Of a stretch of DNA of 64,000 nt, positions 21,608 to 32,800 are shown in pieces. Under the pieces are notes generated by a model that saw nothing but the letters and a program-made list of their open reading frames with translations, did not search any database and was not told where the DNA came from. The stretch's first letter is position 1. Every line of letters starts with the position of its first letter. This DNA comes from Histomonas meleagridis 2922-C6/04-290x (Eukaryota; Protista; Parabasalia): positions 147,830 through 211,829 of the forward strand of contig JAANOX010000101.1 of NCBI GenBank assembly GCA_020184695.1, read 5' to 3'. A program made the translations under genes and the position numbers.

Positions 21608-23974
21608 TTAAGATGATACATCCAATGGGTAATCAAACAGGTCGAACGCCGACAGAATATTCTCCGATAGTTCGTGGGGCATTTTCAAGTGGTATTGCAA
21701 GTGGAATCTTTTCGCCATTCTCGCCACCTTTATGAACGAGCAGTAGCATACTTCCTTTGCCTTTCCTTCCATCAATGATGTCACGAAGATTTTACCGATA
21801 TCTTTTTCGTTTGGGCATTTTTTCTTTAAAATTTTTGCTATTTCATTTATATACTTTGAGATCTTTTCGAACGCCAAAAGTATTGTTCCAGTGTAATACA
21901 AATTTGGCTCCGACTTAAACTTCATTTCGTTAAATATACTCGCGTAGTTTGATAGTAATGACTTCGGTTGTACTGTCGCTTTGTCTAAGAACTTAAATTG
22001 TTGCAACAATTTCCTTTGCGCATCAGTAGGATGAAACATTTTAACTTCGAAGAAATTTTTCAGAGCAATTTCAATCAATTGTTCATTCATGAAATTGATC
22101 ACTTGTCCAAATTCAAACTTATCGAAGTTATCAAAGAAAAATGTAAATTCATCAATTAAATTGTTGTTAGCTACAAATGTTTCGGAACCCATAATTTCAT
22201 TGGCTGACTTAATAACAACATTTAAATATCGCATTACACGATCATTCGTATCTGGTGAAAAATTCTCTGATTCTAATTTCTTAAAAAATAATTTTTCACC
22301 ATTTCTTTCCTCAAATAAGTTGTTGTCAGAAATCATCATCTTAATTCTGGCAGAACCATAATTCTTAAGTTGTTCAACAAACAACAAATTTAATACCATC
22401 GAAAATATAAGGGGAACGTTATTTTTGTACTCCTTTGGCACTTTTATTAGGGTGCCCTCAACCGAAACAGGTCGCACTTTTGCGTAAAATATTAAAACTT
22501 TTGAAAAGACATCCGTTACACATTGAATCGATTCTTTGATGGGTCGCGCTGAAACAATTCGAGTTGATAATGATTCAATTGATTTCGAGGCCGACTCTAA
22601 ATCATTTTTATATGCTTCATGTGCAAATAACTGAAATTGTTCATCATAATTTTGTAATTGTGCTAATGGATGAATACCTTTTGTGATTGATTGGTTTTTG
22701 ATTATTTCCCATCGCTTAAGATATAATTGTTGTGTTTCATTGTCAACGTTTTCTAGTGTTTGATATGTAACGTTGTTTTCTGCAAGTTGAGTTAATGATT
22801 TTGAACTTGTTGGTTTTGTTGTAGCTTTAAACGCAAAGTTTATATTAAAGAATGTAAAGGCATTATCGAAGTCTGTGAATTCAGGTTGACATATTGCCTT
22901 GCGCATTGGAAAATTGGTGATTCCAGAATCTTTGGCTGAATGGAGTATTTCATCATATAACCATACATCCAAATATGAAAAACATATCTTGTCCGTCGAA
23001 AAAATATCGCAAAGATAAAATGATTCAGAAAATGAAGAATTTTCAATGCAACCAAATACGCTATCAAAAAGTTCGCGGTGTGTTTGATATGAGAGACCGT
23101 TTAAGAACTTTTGGAATGCAAACTTGATCGAAATACCATCAAAAGTATATTTTTGATCTTCACCACGTGCAACGCTATACTGGAAAATGTATTTGTTAAA
23201 CGAAAATTCTGGAGTGTAGAACCAGAGACTAATTATTGGTTTGAAAATATGTTCCATTATCATTATTGAGGTTTCTTCTTTGGACATATTAACCATTAAC
23301 CTAAAGGCTTTTATTTGATGCTTGGAAAGAAAACGAAGAGAATCACGAAAAGATTGAAATAATATATTTGCAAGTTCTTTGATTTGTGCAGGATTTGGTT
23401 CTGAACCTTCGAGAACTGGAAGCTGTGAAAGCTTGAAAAAGAATGAATTATTGAAGTTTTCTTGGAATACATATGATTGAAGAATAAATGATCCCACAAG
23501 TTCAGATGGAGTAAGCAATGAACCTGAGCCTTTAAATACATTCATATAACACTCAATAAATTTGTATGCTGCTTTAGTGTAGTCTGATGAAGAAAATTGA
23601 TTAAATAATGATGGGAATGTGCATGAAACAAAATATTGCTTGACTTCTTCATCTTTGTCCTTAAAATATTCAGCTAGGGCACGAGCCACTATGGTTTTCT
23701 TTTCATTGAGGTAAAGATAAGATAAAGATAAAGAAATATTATTTGGAGAAGAAATTGGTTGCGCCATAATTGGCATTGGTTTTTTAAAAGATTTTTTTGT
23801 TGGTATAAAACGACATATATAAAAAAGAAGATTGACTTCTTTTCTTAAGATTATATCTTTTTCATGAAAATTAGAAATATATTGTGAAAGTTCTCGGTCC
23901 ATTCCTTCTGAAGCTCCAAGGGCTATATCATTTTTTTCTATTTCATTTAGAATTGTTTCTAGATTGGTTGACAT
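21608..23974 (-). CDS. Hypothetical protein (788 aa)
   Basis: Long open ORF with normal amino-acid composition; no motif recognised. Confidence 0.75.
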   Translation of the reverse strand: MSTNLETILNEIEKNDIALGASEGMDRELSQYISNFHEKDIILRKEVNLLFYICRFIPTKKSFKKPMPIMAQPISSPNNISLSLSYLYLNEKKTIVARALAEYFKDKDEEVKQYFVSCTFPSLFNQFSSSDYTKAAYKFIECYMNVFKGSGSLLTPSELVGSFILQSYVFQENFNNSFFFKLSQLPVLEGSEPNPAQIKELANILFQSFRDSLRFLSKHQIKAFRLMVNMSKEETSIMIMEHIFKPIISLWFYTPEFSFNKYIFQYSVARGEDQKYTFDGISIKFAFQKFLNGLSYQTHRELFDSVFGCIENSSFSESFYLCDIFSTDKICFSYLDVWLYDEILHSAKDSGITNFPMRKAICQPEFTDFDNAFTFFNINFAFKATTKPTSSKSLTQLAENNVTYQTLENVDNETQQLYLKRWEIIKNQSITKGIHPLAQLQNYDEQFQLFAHEAYKNDLESASKSIESLSTRIVSARPIKESIQCVTDVFSKVLIFYAKVRPVSVEGTLIKVPKEYKNNVPLIFSMVLNLLFVEQLKNYGSARIKMMISDNNLFEERNGEKLFFKKLESENFSPDTNDRVMRYLNVVIKSANEIMGSETFVANNNLIDEFTFFFDNFDKFEFGQVINFMNEQLIEIALKNFFEVKMFHPTDAQRKLLQQFKFLDKATVQPKSLLSNYASIFNEMKFKSEPNLYYTGTILLAFEKISKYINEIAKILKKKCPNEKDIGKIFVTSLMEGKAKEVCYCSFIKVARMAKRFHLQYHLKMPHELSENILSAFDLFDYPLDVSS

Positions 23975-24485
23975 TGAGGAAATTTAATTTTTGGAAAATC
24001 GATTTTGGCATTTTAGGGCACCCTGACATTAACGGTCGTTCTTCATTTTTTTATGGACGAAAAAAGCTATTTTTTCTTCAAGATTATTTGCAAATCATTA
24101 TAAATGGATTTTTCAAATATCAAATTGATTTTTTTATATTTAAACATGATTGTTATTCCAATTTGAAATTGATTAGTTTTAAAAATTTAATAAATCACTT
24201 GAATATATTTAGGTCAGCTCAGTAAAATTAAAGCATTTCGAAAAAATCAGTTTTTAGTAAAAATATTGGTATATGCTCATTTTTTAACATAAAATCAATA
24301 AGAAATTCCAATTTTTGATTTTTAACGGTCATTAAAATGTTTGTTCCGATACAACGGTTTTTTGTGGATTTGAATTACTGGCCACAAACCGTATTTCCCA
24401 CAGAAAACTTCAAGATTTTGCTTTCAATTGCAAAAAATTTTAAAAAGAAAGTTGGAAAGTGTATGTGAGGTGTTCATTGTGTATG

Positions 24486-24881
24486 TTTGATGATGAAGTT
24501 TCAACTCAGTTGAACATACCCAATTTGAATTCTATCCATAAGCCTGTACGCGGACAAGGTGTCGAAGCGCAAAAAGTCATCAATCAATTGGGTACGTTCG
24601 ATCCAGAGAATTGTGTGGCAAAAGATGCGTTGTATTATTTCTTCAGTTCTGGTGTTACCCATAACGAACTCAAAAGCATTGCAACTCTTATATGTCTTCA
24701 AATTCCGAATTTGAAGATGACAAGACTTGAGCAAAGAGATAGTCGTGTGCTAATGCAGTGGTTCTCTAATAACTGGGAGCAAATATTTCCCTTACTTCCA
24801 CGGATTCATCTCCGTGATGAAAATAAGGAAATTATCAATTTGGAAAGAGAAATGAGATTTTACTCGATAAATAAAAAATAA
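24486..24881 (+). CDS. Small hypothetical protein
   Basis: ORF with globular composition (…RLEQRDSRVLMQWFSNNWEQI…); start taken at MFDDEV. Confidence 0.6.
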   Translation, partial: FDDEVSTQLNIPNLNSIHKPVRGQGVEAQKVINQLGTFDPENCVAKDALYYFFSSGVTHNELKSIATLICLQIPNLKMTRLEQRDSRVLMQWFSNNWEQIFPLLPRIHLRDENKEIINLEREMRFYSINKK

Positions 24882-25042
24882 AGAACTACGGCGTTAGCCC
24901 ATCATTTCTTTTCTCAAACAATTTAGTTTTACAAATTATTGTGTTTAAAATATAAATTCTGAAAATAACAATTTTATGAAAAATTTAAACCAAGCATACG
25001 TATTAGGCGCCACACATTTGTTAAAAATACCCATTCTTCGCC

Positions 25043-25330
25043 TTAATACTCAACATTTGGAATATCATCTTGAGAAAGTGGATTTTCATTAGGCATAAAA
25101 AAAATTGGTGGAAGTAATCTTTGATCTATAACACGCTTGTTTGATGACATGTCAAAATCTGTACTCTCTTCTTGATTTTTCTTGCAGAATTTACTTTTTT
25201 TTCCACAACAGCAAATAATTAACATAATCCCAATAATAACAAGAAAGATAGAGCCTGCAGTGATTGCGAAAACAACAGTATCAGAGAGTGATGCAACCAA
25301 TACAGGGAAAAAAAGTATTTCCACCATCAT
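25043..25330 (-). CDS. Small single-pass membrane protein
   Basis: Signal-like N-terminus, TM helix ending in IICCC, charged tail. Confidence 0.55.
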   Translation of the reverse strand: MMVEILFFPVLVASLSDTVVFAITAGSIFLVIIGIMLIICCCGKKSKFCKKNQEESTDFDMSSNKRVIDQRLLPPIFFMPNENPLSQDDIPNVEY

Positions 25331-25409
25331 ATATAAAGCATTTAATTATTTTGACTCCAGCGACCGTTTATTCATAAATCAGAACATAAAAACAAAAAAA
25401 TGAAAAAAA

Positions 25410-25482
25410 TGGTCCCGCAGGGACTTGAACCCTAGACCTTTGCGTTATCAGCACAACGCTCTACCGACTGAGCTACGAGACC
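25410..25482 (-). tRNA. tRNA-Ile(GAT)
   Basis: Reverse complement GGTCTCG-TAGCTCAGTCGGTAGAGC...CT-GAT-AA...GTTCAAG...CGGGACC-A, followed by T7. Confidence 0.9.
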
Positions 25483-25553
25483 TTCGGATATCAAAAAATT
25501 ATTAAGTATTTAATCCATGTTTCTTAGAGAAAATATTTTTTTTCATTCATCAA

Positions 25554-25805
25554 ATGGTTCAAGACATTGATGATGAAATTATTGAACAAATCCAAGAAGC
25601 TGAAACACCGTATGAGGTTTTAGGTTTAGCACAGAATTGTAATAAAAGAGAAATTCGAATTGCATATCTTAATATTTCAAAGAAAGTACATCCTGATCAT
25701 TGTAAACAACCAGATGATACAGACTGTATGCAGCTTGTAATTTACTCAAAGATAATGACGAAGAACGTTAATTGGAATTGTTTGCTTTACATGACAGAGA
25801 AGTAA
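25554..25805 (+). pseudogene. DnaJ-domain gene fragment
   Basis: PYEVLGL...IRIAY...KKVHPD J-domain motif; the frame degenerates after helix III. Confidence 0.55.
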
Positions 25806-26400
25806 ATGTGAAGTTAGTTAACGTCTTTATTTATTCAGATCCAAAATGTAATTTTTCTAAATTACATCATGCATCGAATAAAGATATGATTTCACATATT
25901 TAATATAACATTAGATTCAAATTTAGTGAAATAAACTTTTTATTTCTTTAAGCCCAAAAGAATTTTGTTAGAAATAACATTTTTATACAACATTCCATTC
26001 CAAGATTTCCCTCTGTTGGATTTCATTACTCCAGGTTATATCTAGCTCTACCAACTTCTTTAACATTGTACATATTTTTAATGGATTTTTGATGGCCTGT
26101 TTGAAGAAAACCCGCCTGAATTTGATGAATTCAGTTTTTATGTAACATATTATATGAAATATACTACAAATAATTTATTACATTTTAAAATTTTATTTCG
26201 TTTTTTCAATGAAACCAATACAAATTAACATTGTCAATCTAAGTTAAGATAAGTATTTTAATGAATTCGAATCAAAAATAAATACATCATAAACCACTTC
26301 ACCTTAATTCAATGTCATATATAATTTTAATAATGTGATAATGAATTACATATCTGCCAATCAAGAGAAAAATAAACATTACACGTTATTTTGATGAATA

Positions 26401-26485
26401 TATATTTACTCAACATAAAAATGTAATATACTCAATTTTTTTATATTTCCTCGGAAGTCATAATTATGGAAATCACGGAAACAAA
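26401..26485 (+). repeat. 85-bp dispersed repeat, copy 1
   Basis: Reverse-complement match with about 3 mismatches to 36964-37048. Confidence 0.8.
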
Positions 26486-26703
26486 CAAAAATGTTGATCG
26501 TTGGATACAAAGTTTGGAAGTACTAAAATTAACATAATTTTACTAAATTCTCTTAACAAATTAAAATCAAAAAATTTCGACCAAACTTTAGAAATAAAAA
26601 AGTTAATAAACAATAGATTTTAGTTCTATTAAAAACAATTTTTTAGTAATCAACAAATTAAATCCTTTTTTTCATATATTTCAGAATTTTATCTATGTTT
26701 CTA

Positions 26704-27466
26704 TTACATTTCATTTGAATCAAATTTTATTTCATTATCTTCGTTGAAATCTTTTGCAAATGGATCTTCTTCTATATTCGAAATAGTTACGCCTGTTCCG
26801 AATGTATTTTCTGTTTCTTTTTCTTTGACAGTTGATGAAGATTGGATATATATTCGTTTATTTCTAATACGGATCAAAACCACCACAAGTGTAACAACAA
26901 CAATAACAGCGACGACCGAAACAACAACAGCTATAATTATTGTTTTGGTATTATCTGTATCATCATTTGATTCATGTGCATAATAAATAAAAGTAAAGAA
27001 ACTATAATAAAAGCTATGGTAATACGAATATAAAACAATTGTATAATCATAATAAATTATTTCTGTTTGAACATAAGTATTTAATGATCCAAATTTTGAA
27101 ATAAAAAATGAATTACTATAAGTTTGAAAATATGATGTTATTAATATCGTCATAATGAAAATGTTTTGAAAAACCTTGTGTGAGTGGAGTAAGAGTGTAT
27201 TGTATATTTTTATGATTTAAAGGAAATTGATTTAATTTTGAATATAAATCACAGCGTTGATTAGTCACATTATCTGAAATTGGGGTGACAGATGCAAAAA
27301 TACTTGAGATGTGCATCACAAAAAGGATGGAAAATATGATTAAATTATAGGAGATCTCTCTCATTTTTATTTCTTTGGGTAGGATCATTAAAAACGCCAA
27401 CATTTCATTCAAAATTTGACTGGAATTATTGATAAATGTGTTTTTACAGTTAATTAACCTTGTCAA
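26704..27466 (-). pseudogene. Fragmented type-I membrane/surface protein
   Basis: Signal-like piece (27116-27466) and a TM + cytosolic tail piece (…IIIAVVVSVVAVIVVVTLVVVLI…EEDPFAKDF) separated by a break. Confidence 0.45.
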
Positions 27467-27792
27467 TTTTTATGAGGGGAAATTTGTGTAATAAATATCA
27501 ATATTTTCCTAAAACAATAATCAATGTTTAAAAAAACAAAAACACTTTAAATAATACTTTTAAAAATTTTAGAAACTCCATTCATATTAAAACAATATTG
27601 ACATCTGATGCATTCTAAAAAATAGTATAAATTCAAATAATTTTACTGAAAAATTTTAGCAAGTCTAACCATTGATTTCAGATTCTCAATAGAAAAAAAT
27701 CACAGGCTTAAAGTTCGATATGTGGTCGTAATTTCAAAAGCATCATAATTGACAAATTATCGCAAAATTTTATTTCATGAAAGTATATTTAT

Positions 27793-29076
27793 TTACCATG
27801 AGAGTAATTTTCTTCTTATTGCCGGAATGTTCAACGCAGCGAAGAATCCCGCCAACAGTAAAAGTTCTATAATAGATCCGAGCACAACAATACGTATCGC
27901 ACTTGACTTATTAACTCTGTCAGCCATTTTAGACATCACATCTCCTTCGTCTATGCCATCTAATGCAAGCTGTACTAACAGTTCTTGAAATTCCATTATT
28001 TGTTCATTAGTTTTAAAGACTTTTGATCGTAATGTATAATTAAAAAAGTCAAGTACTTCTTCAGTAGATTCAATTGCTGAGCCTGCAACATTACGCGCAT
28101 CTTGGGCTCGCTCAACGATTTTCAGAGTTCGACGTTGCCATCGTCGAACGGTTGTCATCAAGTTGTCCTGAACAAACCCAGTCAATTCCGAGAACGATGG
28201 GATGTCAAATGTCACCTCGTTGATCTCGTCAATTACGTTTAAGACTTTATCTACTGATGCATCGGTCGTTTCTGTAACATCAGATAAGCCTTTGGGATTA
28301 ATGCTATGAAGTTTTTGAAGCTCAGAAACAGTATTATTAAAAATTGGATTTCGATAACTTGTAATTCTGTCATGATCAATGCTCCTTTGATTCTTATGAT
28401 CACCAAGAGTGTGGTTATGCATTGATAATTTTTGAGCTTCGATTGAAATTTGATGGAGATAAATTTCTGTAAAATACGTATCACTAGATGCAGTTAATCC
28501 AATGAAATGGTCAAAAGGAGTGATTTGTAGTGGTTGAGAAATGTATTGGACGCTGTCAATATAAGCTGAAATGTTTCCATTTTTAATCTCAAGTTTGATT
28601 AAAAGAGGATTATTTTTTTGGATAGCAATTGACACCATTGGATCTGGGAGATTGTCTACCGTATATGATTTTTCTCCTGTTGATTGAATTAATCTTAAAT
28701 TTAGAAAATCTGTTTTCTGATTTGTTGTAAGCGATCCAATAAATGAAATACCAACAAACTTTGAAGGCCCACCAAAAATAGGACCATAGTCACCAAATTT
28801 GTTGTTAATTAAAAAGTTGAATCCACCACCATCATTTCCATAACCAAAATCAATTTGAAAAGAAACAGACCAAGGGCCACGTGGAGACATAAATTTTGCC
28901 CATAAAAATCCTTGTCGATATTGAATTGGTGGAATTAACATAATTTTGTCTGGATAAATTACTGTTGAACCACCAACTTCCCAATAACCAACATCCCCTT
29001 GTTCTGTAGGTTCGAATGGCGGTGACAAATTTTCTGAGTTACCTGATGAAGAAAGGAAAAAAAAGATGGTAAACAT
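27793..29076 (-). CDS. L-type lectin (ERGIC-53/VIP36-like) type-I membrane protein
   Basis: Signal peptide, W-x-x-GGST, beta-rich domain with GNDGGGFNF and GPIFGGP motifs, coiled stalk, C-terminal TM with a basic tail. Confidence 0.65.
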   Translation of the reverse strand: MFTIFFFLSSSGNSENLSPPFEPTEQGDVGYWEVGGSTVIYPDKIMLIPPIQYRQGFLWAKFMSPRGPWSVSFQIDFGYGNDGGGFNFLINNKFGDYGPIFGGPSKFVGISFIGSLTTNQKTDFLNLRLIQSTGEKSYTVDNLPDPMVSIAIQKNNPLLIKLEIKNGNISAYIDSVQYISQPLQITPFDHFIGLTASSDTYFTEIYLHQISIEAQKLSMHNHTLGDHKNQRSIDHDRITSYRNPIFNNTVSELQKLHSINPKGLSDVTETTDASVDKVLNVIDEINEVTFDIPSFSELTGFVQDNLMTTVRRWQRRTLKIVERAQDARNVAGSAIESTEEVLDFFNYTLRSKVFKTNEQIMEFQELLVQLALDGIDEGDVMSKMADRVNKSSAIRIVVLGSIIELLLLAGFFAALNIPAIRRKLLSW

Positions 29077-29204
29077 TTGTTTGTTTTTTTGGAAGTGTCA
29101 TGTGAAATTATTTATAACGGATTTGAATGGTTTACTTTGCTTGTGGATAAGTCACTTTTACACGAAATGATAAAAAACGGTTTTTTATACACTTTTGGAC
29201 CAAA

Positions 29205-29714
29205 ATGTTTCATATTCTGGTTTTTTTGGTTAGCTCAACAGCTCCAAATTATATAACAATTTCAGTGACTGATTTTATTCAGATGCAATATCAAATGAAT
29301 ACGCAAAGCCAACAGTATGCTGTTGAAACTTCATCATATAATATTAATAAGACAGTTTATGTAATGAGAGATTCTGGTGAAAGAGAAGATGGGTCAAATT
29401 ACACATTTTACAAGGTTACTGGAACAACACAGGAATTAGCAGAATTAAGAGCTTCATTGAATTCGATTGTCGATCCAGTTTCAAACATTTCTCAATACGC
29501 CGACCAAGGATACACTGTTAAATTCTTTTTCCTTGAGAAGGCAGCATCATTTAGTCAAATGAGTACATTTTGGGTAAATATAGTTGTCTGGATTATTTTC
29601 ATAGCTGCAGCCTTATCAGGATATTTAATCTGGCATTTTGACAATTACAGCAAGGATCCAAAGAATTCATTATTGTTCGTTACAGAAGGAAATAGGATTG
29701 TCACAGGTGAATAA
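29205..29714 (+). CDS. Small type-I membrane protein (weak ATP6AP2-like C-terminus)
   Basis: Signal peptide, TM helix, YLIWHFD...DPKNSLLF tail. Confidence 0.5.
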   Translation: MFHILVFLVSSTAPNYITISVTDFIQMQYQMNTQSQQYAVETSSYNINKTVYVMRDSGEREDGSNYTFYKVTGTTQELAELRASLNSIVDPVSNISQYADQGYTVKFFFLEKAASFSQMSTFWVNIVVWIIFIAAALSGYLIWHFDNYSKDPKNSLLFVTEGNRIVTGE

Positions 29715-29885
29715 ATAACTTTTAAATATATCTTTACATTGTTTTATTTTCTTAAATGGATTTATAAACATATTTTGCATTTTGTTTCTTTTTCCAATCT
29801 CATAAATAAAACCAACGATATGACTTTTTCTGATGGAACGATTACAACCGTCTTCATTAACTTTTATTCTACTTTGTTTATTTAA

Positions 29886-32800
29886 ATGCTCCAAAATTCA
29901 GAAGAAGATATTGTTGAAAACCAAGAAGACAAGAACTTACAAATATGTGAAAGCCTTGAAACTATTATTTTAAATTTGGATGAGACTAATATCCAAGCAT
30001 CAGTTGAATCAACCATAAATTTACTTGATTTAAATTATATATATTCTTTTAACCTTATTATTTGTAAATTAATATTTTCATCTTTTATTTCCCAAAAGAA
30101 AGAACCAAAAACATATTTTGATTTTTTGCAATCAGTTCAAACTAAAGAAGAAACATATAACATTCAAAGTTACAATAAAATCATTGATATTTTTTTGCAT
30201 TTTCTTTTATCGCTTAAAAGATCGGAATCATATTATCTTCTTGAGGAAAAGATTGAGCAAAATATAATTTCATCTGATTTAATTTCCAATCAAAATTCAT
30301 TATATTTTGCGCATTATAAAACAAAAGAAGAAATCAAATGTTTACAAAACAAAGATCCTTTTTATCAACAATTCATTTCTAACATTAAAAGCTTAGAAGA
30401 AAATGATTGGCAACTTCATAAGAAATATGTTCATGAAGGAATTAATCCTTTAAAAATAGCAAAAATTATTCGAAATGATGAAATCGAAAAACTTCAAAAA
30501 TTATCAACACAAACAAACTTTAACTTTAATCAAATAATTGAACCATCACTTTATGAAAAATTTACATTCATTAATCAAAACGATGTTTCGCTTATTGATT
30601 ATTCAGCATTTTTTGGTTCAATTAAATGTTTTAAATTCTTAATTATGAATGGTTCAACAAATTTAACAAATACAGGAAAATTTGCTGTAGCGGGTGGAAA
30701 CATTGAGATTATACATATCTGTGAACAAAATCATGCAGCGTTTGAAGATTCTCCTGAAATAGCAATAGAATTCCATCATAATGATATCTTTTATTATCTT
30801 TATCAAAGCAAAACTTTTCAAAGAAACTCAACAAAACTTAAAAAATTAGGAAAAACTTGTATCATAAATAATAATTTCGAAATTCTTTCTTTTTTATTAA
30901 AAGAAGGAATGATAGTTAAAAAATCAATTATTAAAAAATGTGCAAAAATCGGAAATTTATTTTTATTGAAATATTTTTCTAAAAGTTATAACTTGCCAAA
31001 ACAAATTTTAGTTAATTCTGTTTCTTCAGGAAACATTGAATTAGTAAAATATGTTCTTAAACAAAAAGACATTAAACTAAATACAAAAAATGTATTATTT
31101 GAATCTCCATTAATGAAAGCATGTATCGATAATCAAATCGAAATTGTAAAATTGCTTCTTGAACAAAATGGAATCGATGTAAATACCAAAGATTATTATT
31201 TAAAATATTTCACATTGATTTTTGTTAAAAGATGTTTTAAGCTAATATTTGGATTTTGTTCATTTGATTTTCTACACCACTTCTTATAGCTAGTAGAGAT
31301 AATAAAATAGATATTGTTAAATTACTTCTTGAACATAAAGAAATTGATGTTAATTTGAAAAATGTTTAAAATTTTGGTTTGATGTTTTTTTCGGAAGAAT
31401 AAAGTTTAATTTTAATATTCGGAATTTAAATTTTATTTTTTGGTCTCCGATTATGCATGCTACTGAGAATGGACATTTAGAAATTATAAAGCTCTTACTT
31501 AATCATGAAGGAATTAATGTAAATACTAAAAGTGTTTTTTTGAATTAGTTAATTTTTGTTATGGAAATTTAGAATATTATAAAAATATTTGGAATTTATT
31601 TAATATATTTTGGTCACCGATTTCAATTGCTAGTGAAGATGGTTTAATAGAAGTTGCTAAGTTACTTCTTAATCGAAATGATCTTGACTTAAATACAAAA
31701 AATATTTAAATTATATTTTTAATATACATTTAAAATATTTAATATTAAATTCAAGTATTCGATATTTATCTCAATAATTTTGGACACCTTTAATGTTTTC
31801 ATGTATTAATAAACATTTTGATATTGTAAAACTTCTTCTAAATCGAAACGGAATTAATATTAATGCTCGTAATGATTATGTATAATATTTGATATTAAAT
31901 TTTTAAATTTGAAGTTTATCTTTAAATTTTGGAATTTAATCAAATTATTTTCTACTGCATTGATATGTGCATGTCAAGGTTGTTCTATGAAAAACATTGC
32001 TAAACAGAAAAAACCAGATATTAATTCTAAATATTTGATGTTTAATATTTATTTTTGATATTTATTTTAATCTTTCGAAAATGAATTATTTGTAAAATAT
32101 GAAATAGAAAACACAGAAGTAGTTAAAATGATTCTTGATCAAGAAGGAATTAACCCAATCGCAAAAGATATTTATTTATATAAAATCATGTTAATTTATT
32201 AAATTTTATATTTTATATTAATATTTGGAATTGTTTTAATGTATATGGATCAGCATTAATGTATGCGTGTAGAGATAATCATATTGAAATTGTAAAGTTA
32301 CTTCTGGAACAAGATGGAATAAACATAAATGATCATGATATAAAATCAATTTTATTAATAATTATTTTGATAATTTTTCGTTTTTTTTAAATAATAAGGA
32401 GTTTCATTCTTATATATTTTACTGCTTTAATGTTTGCATGTGAAAATGGAAATAAAGAAATTGTTCAAATACTTCTTGAACAAGATGGTATCGATATTAA
32501 TCTTAGTGATATCAATAACATTTATTTAGATTTTGTTTTTGTATTTTAGTATTTATAAAGAAAACATGGATTTTATTAAAATATTATATAACACCTTTGA
32601 TATGCTCAAGTAGAACAGGAAATCTTGAAGTTGTTAAATTATTAGTTGAACAAGAAGGAATTGATATTAATAAGAAAGATATTTATATATACATTTTAAT
32701 ATTTTATAGAATTATTTGATGATTTATAAAATTATTTGGAATTCGAAAATAATTTTTGGAACTGCACTTTTCTGGGCATGCAAAAATGGTTGTACTGATG

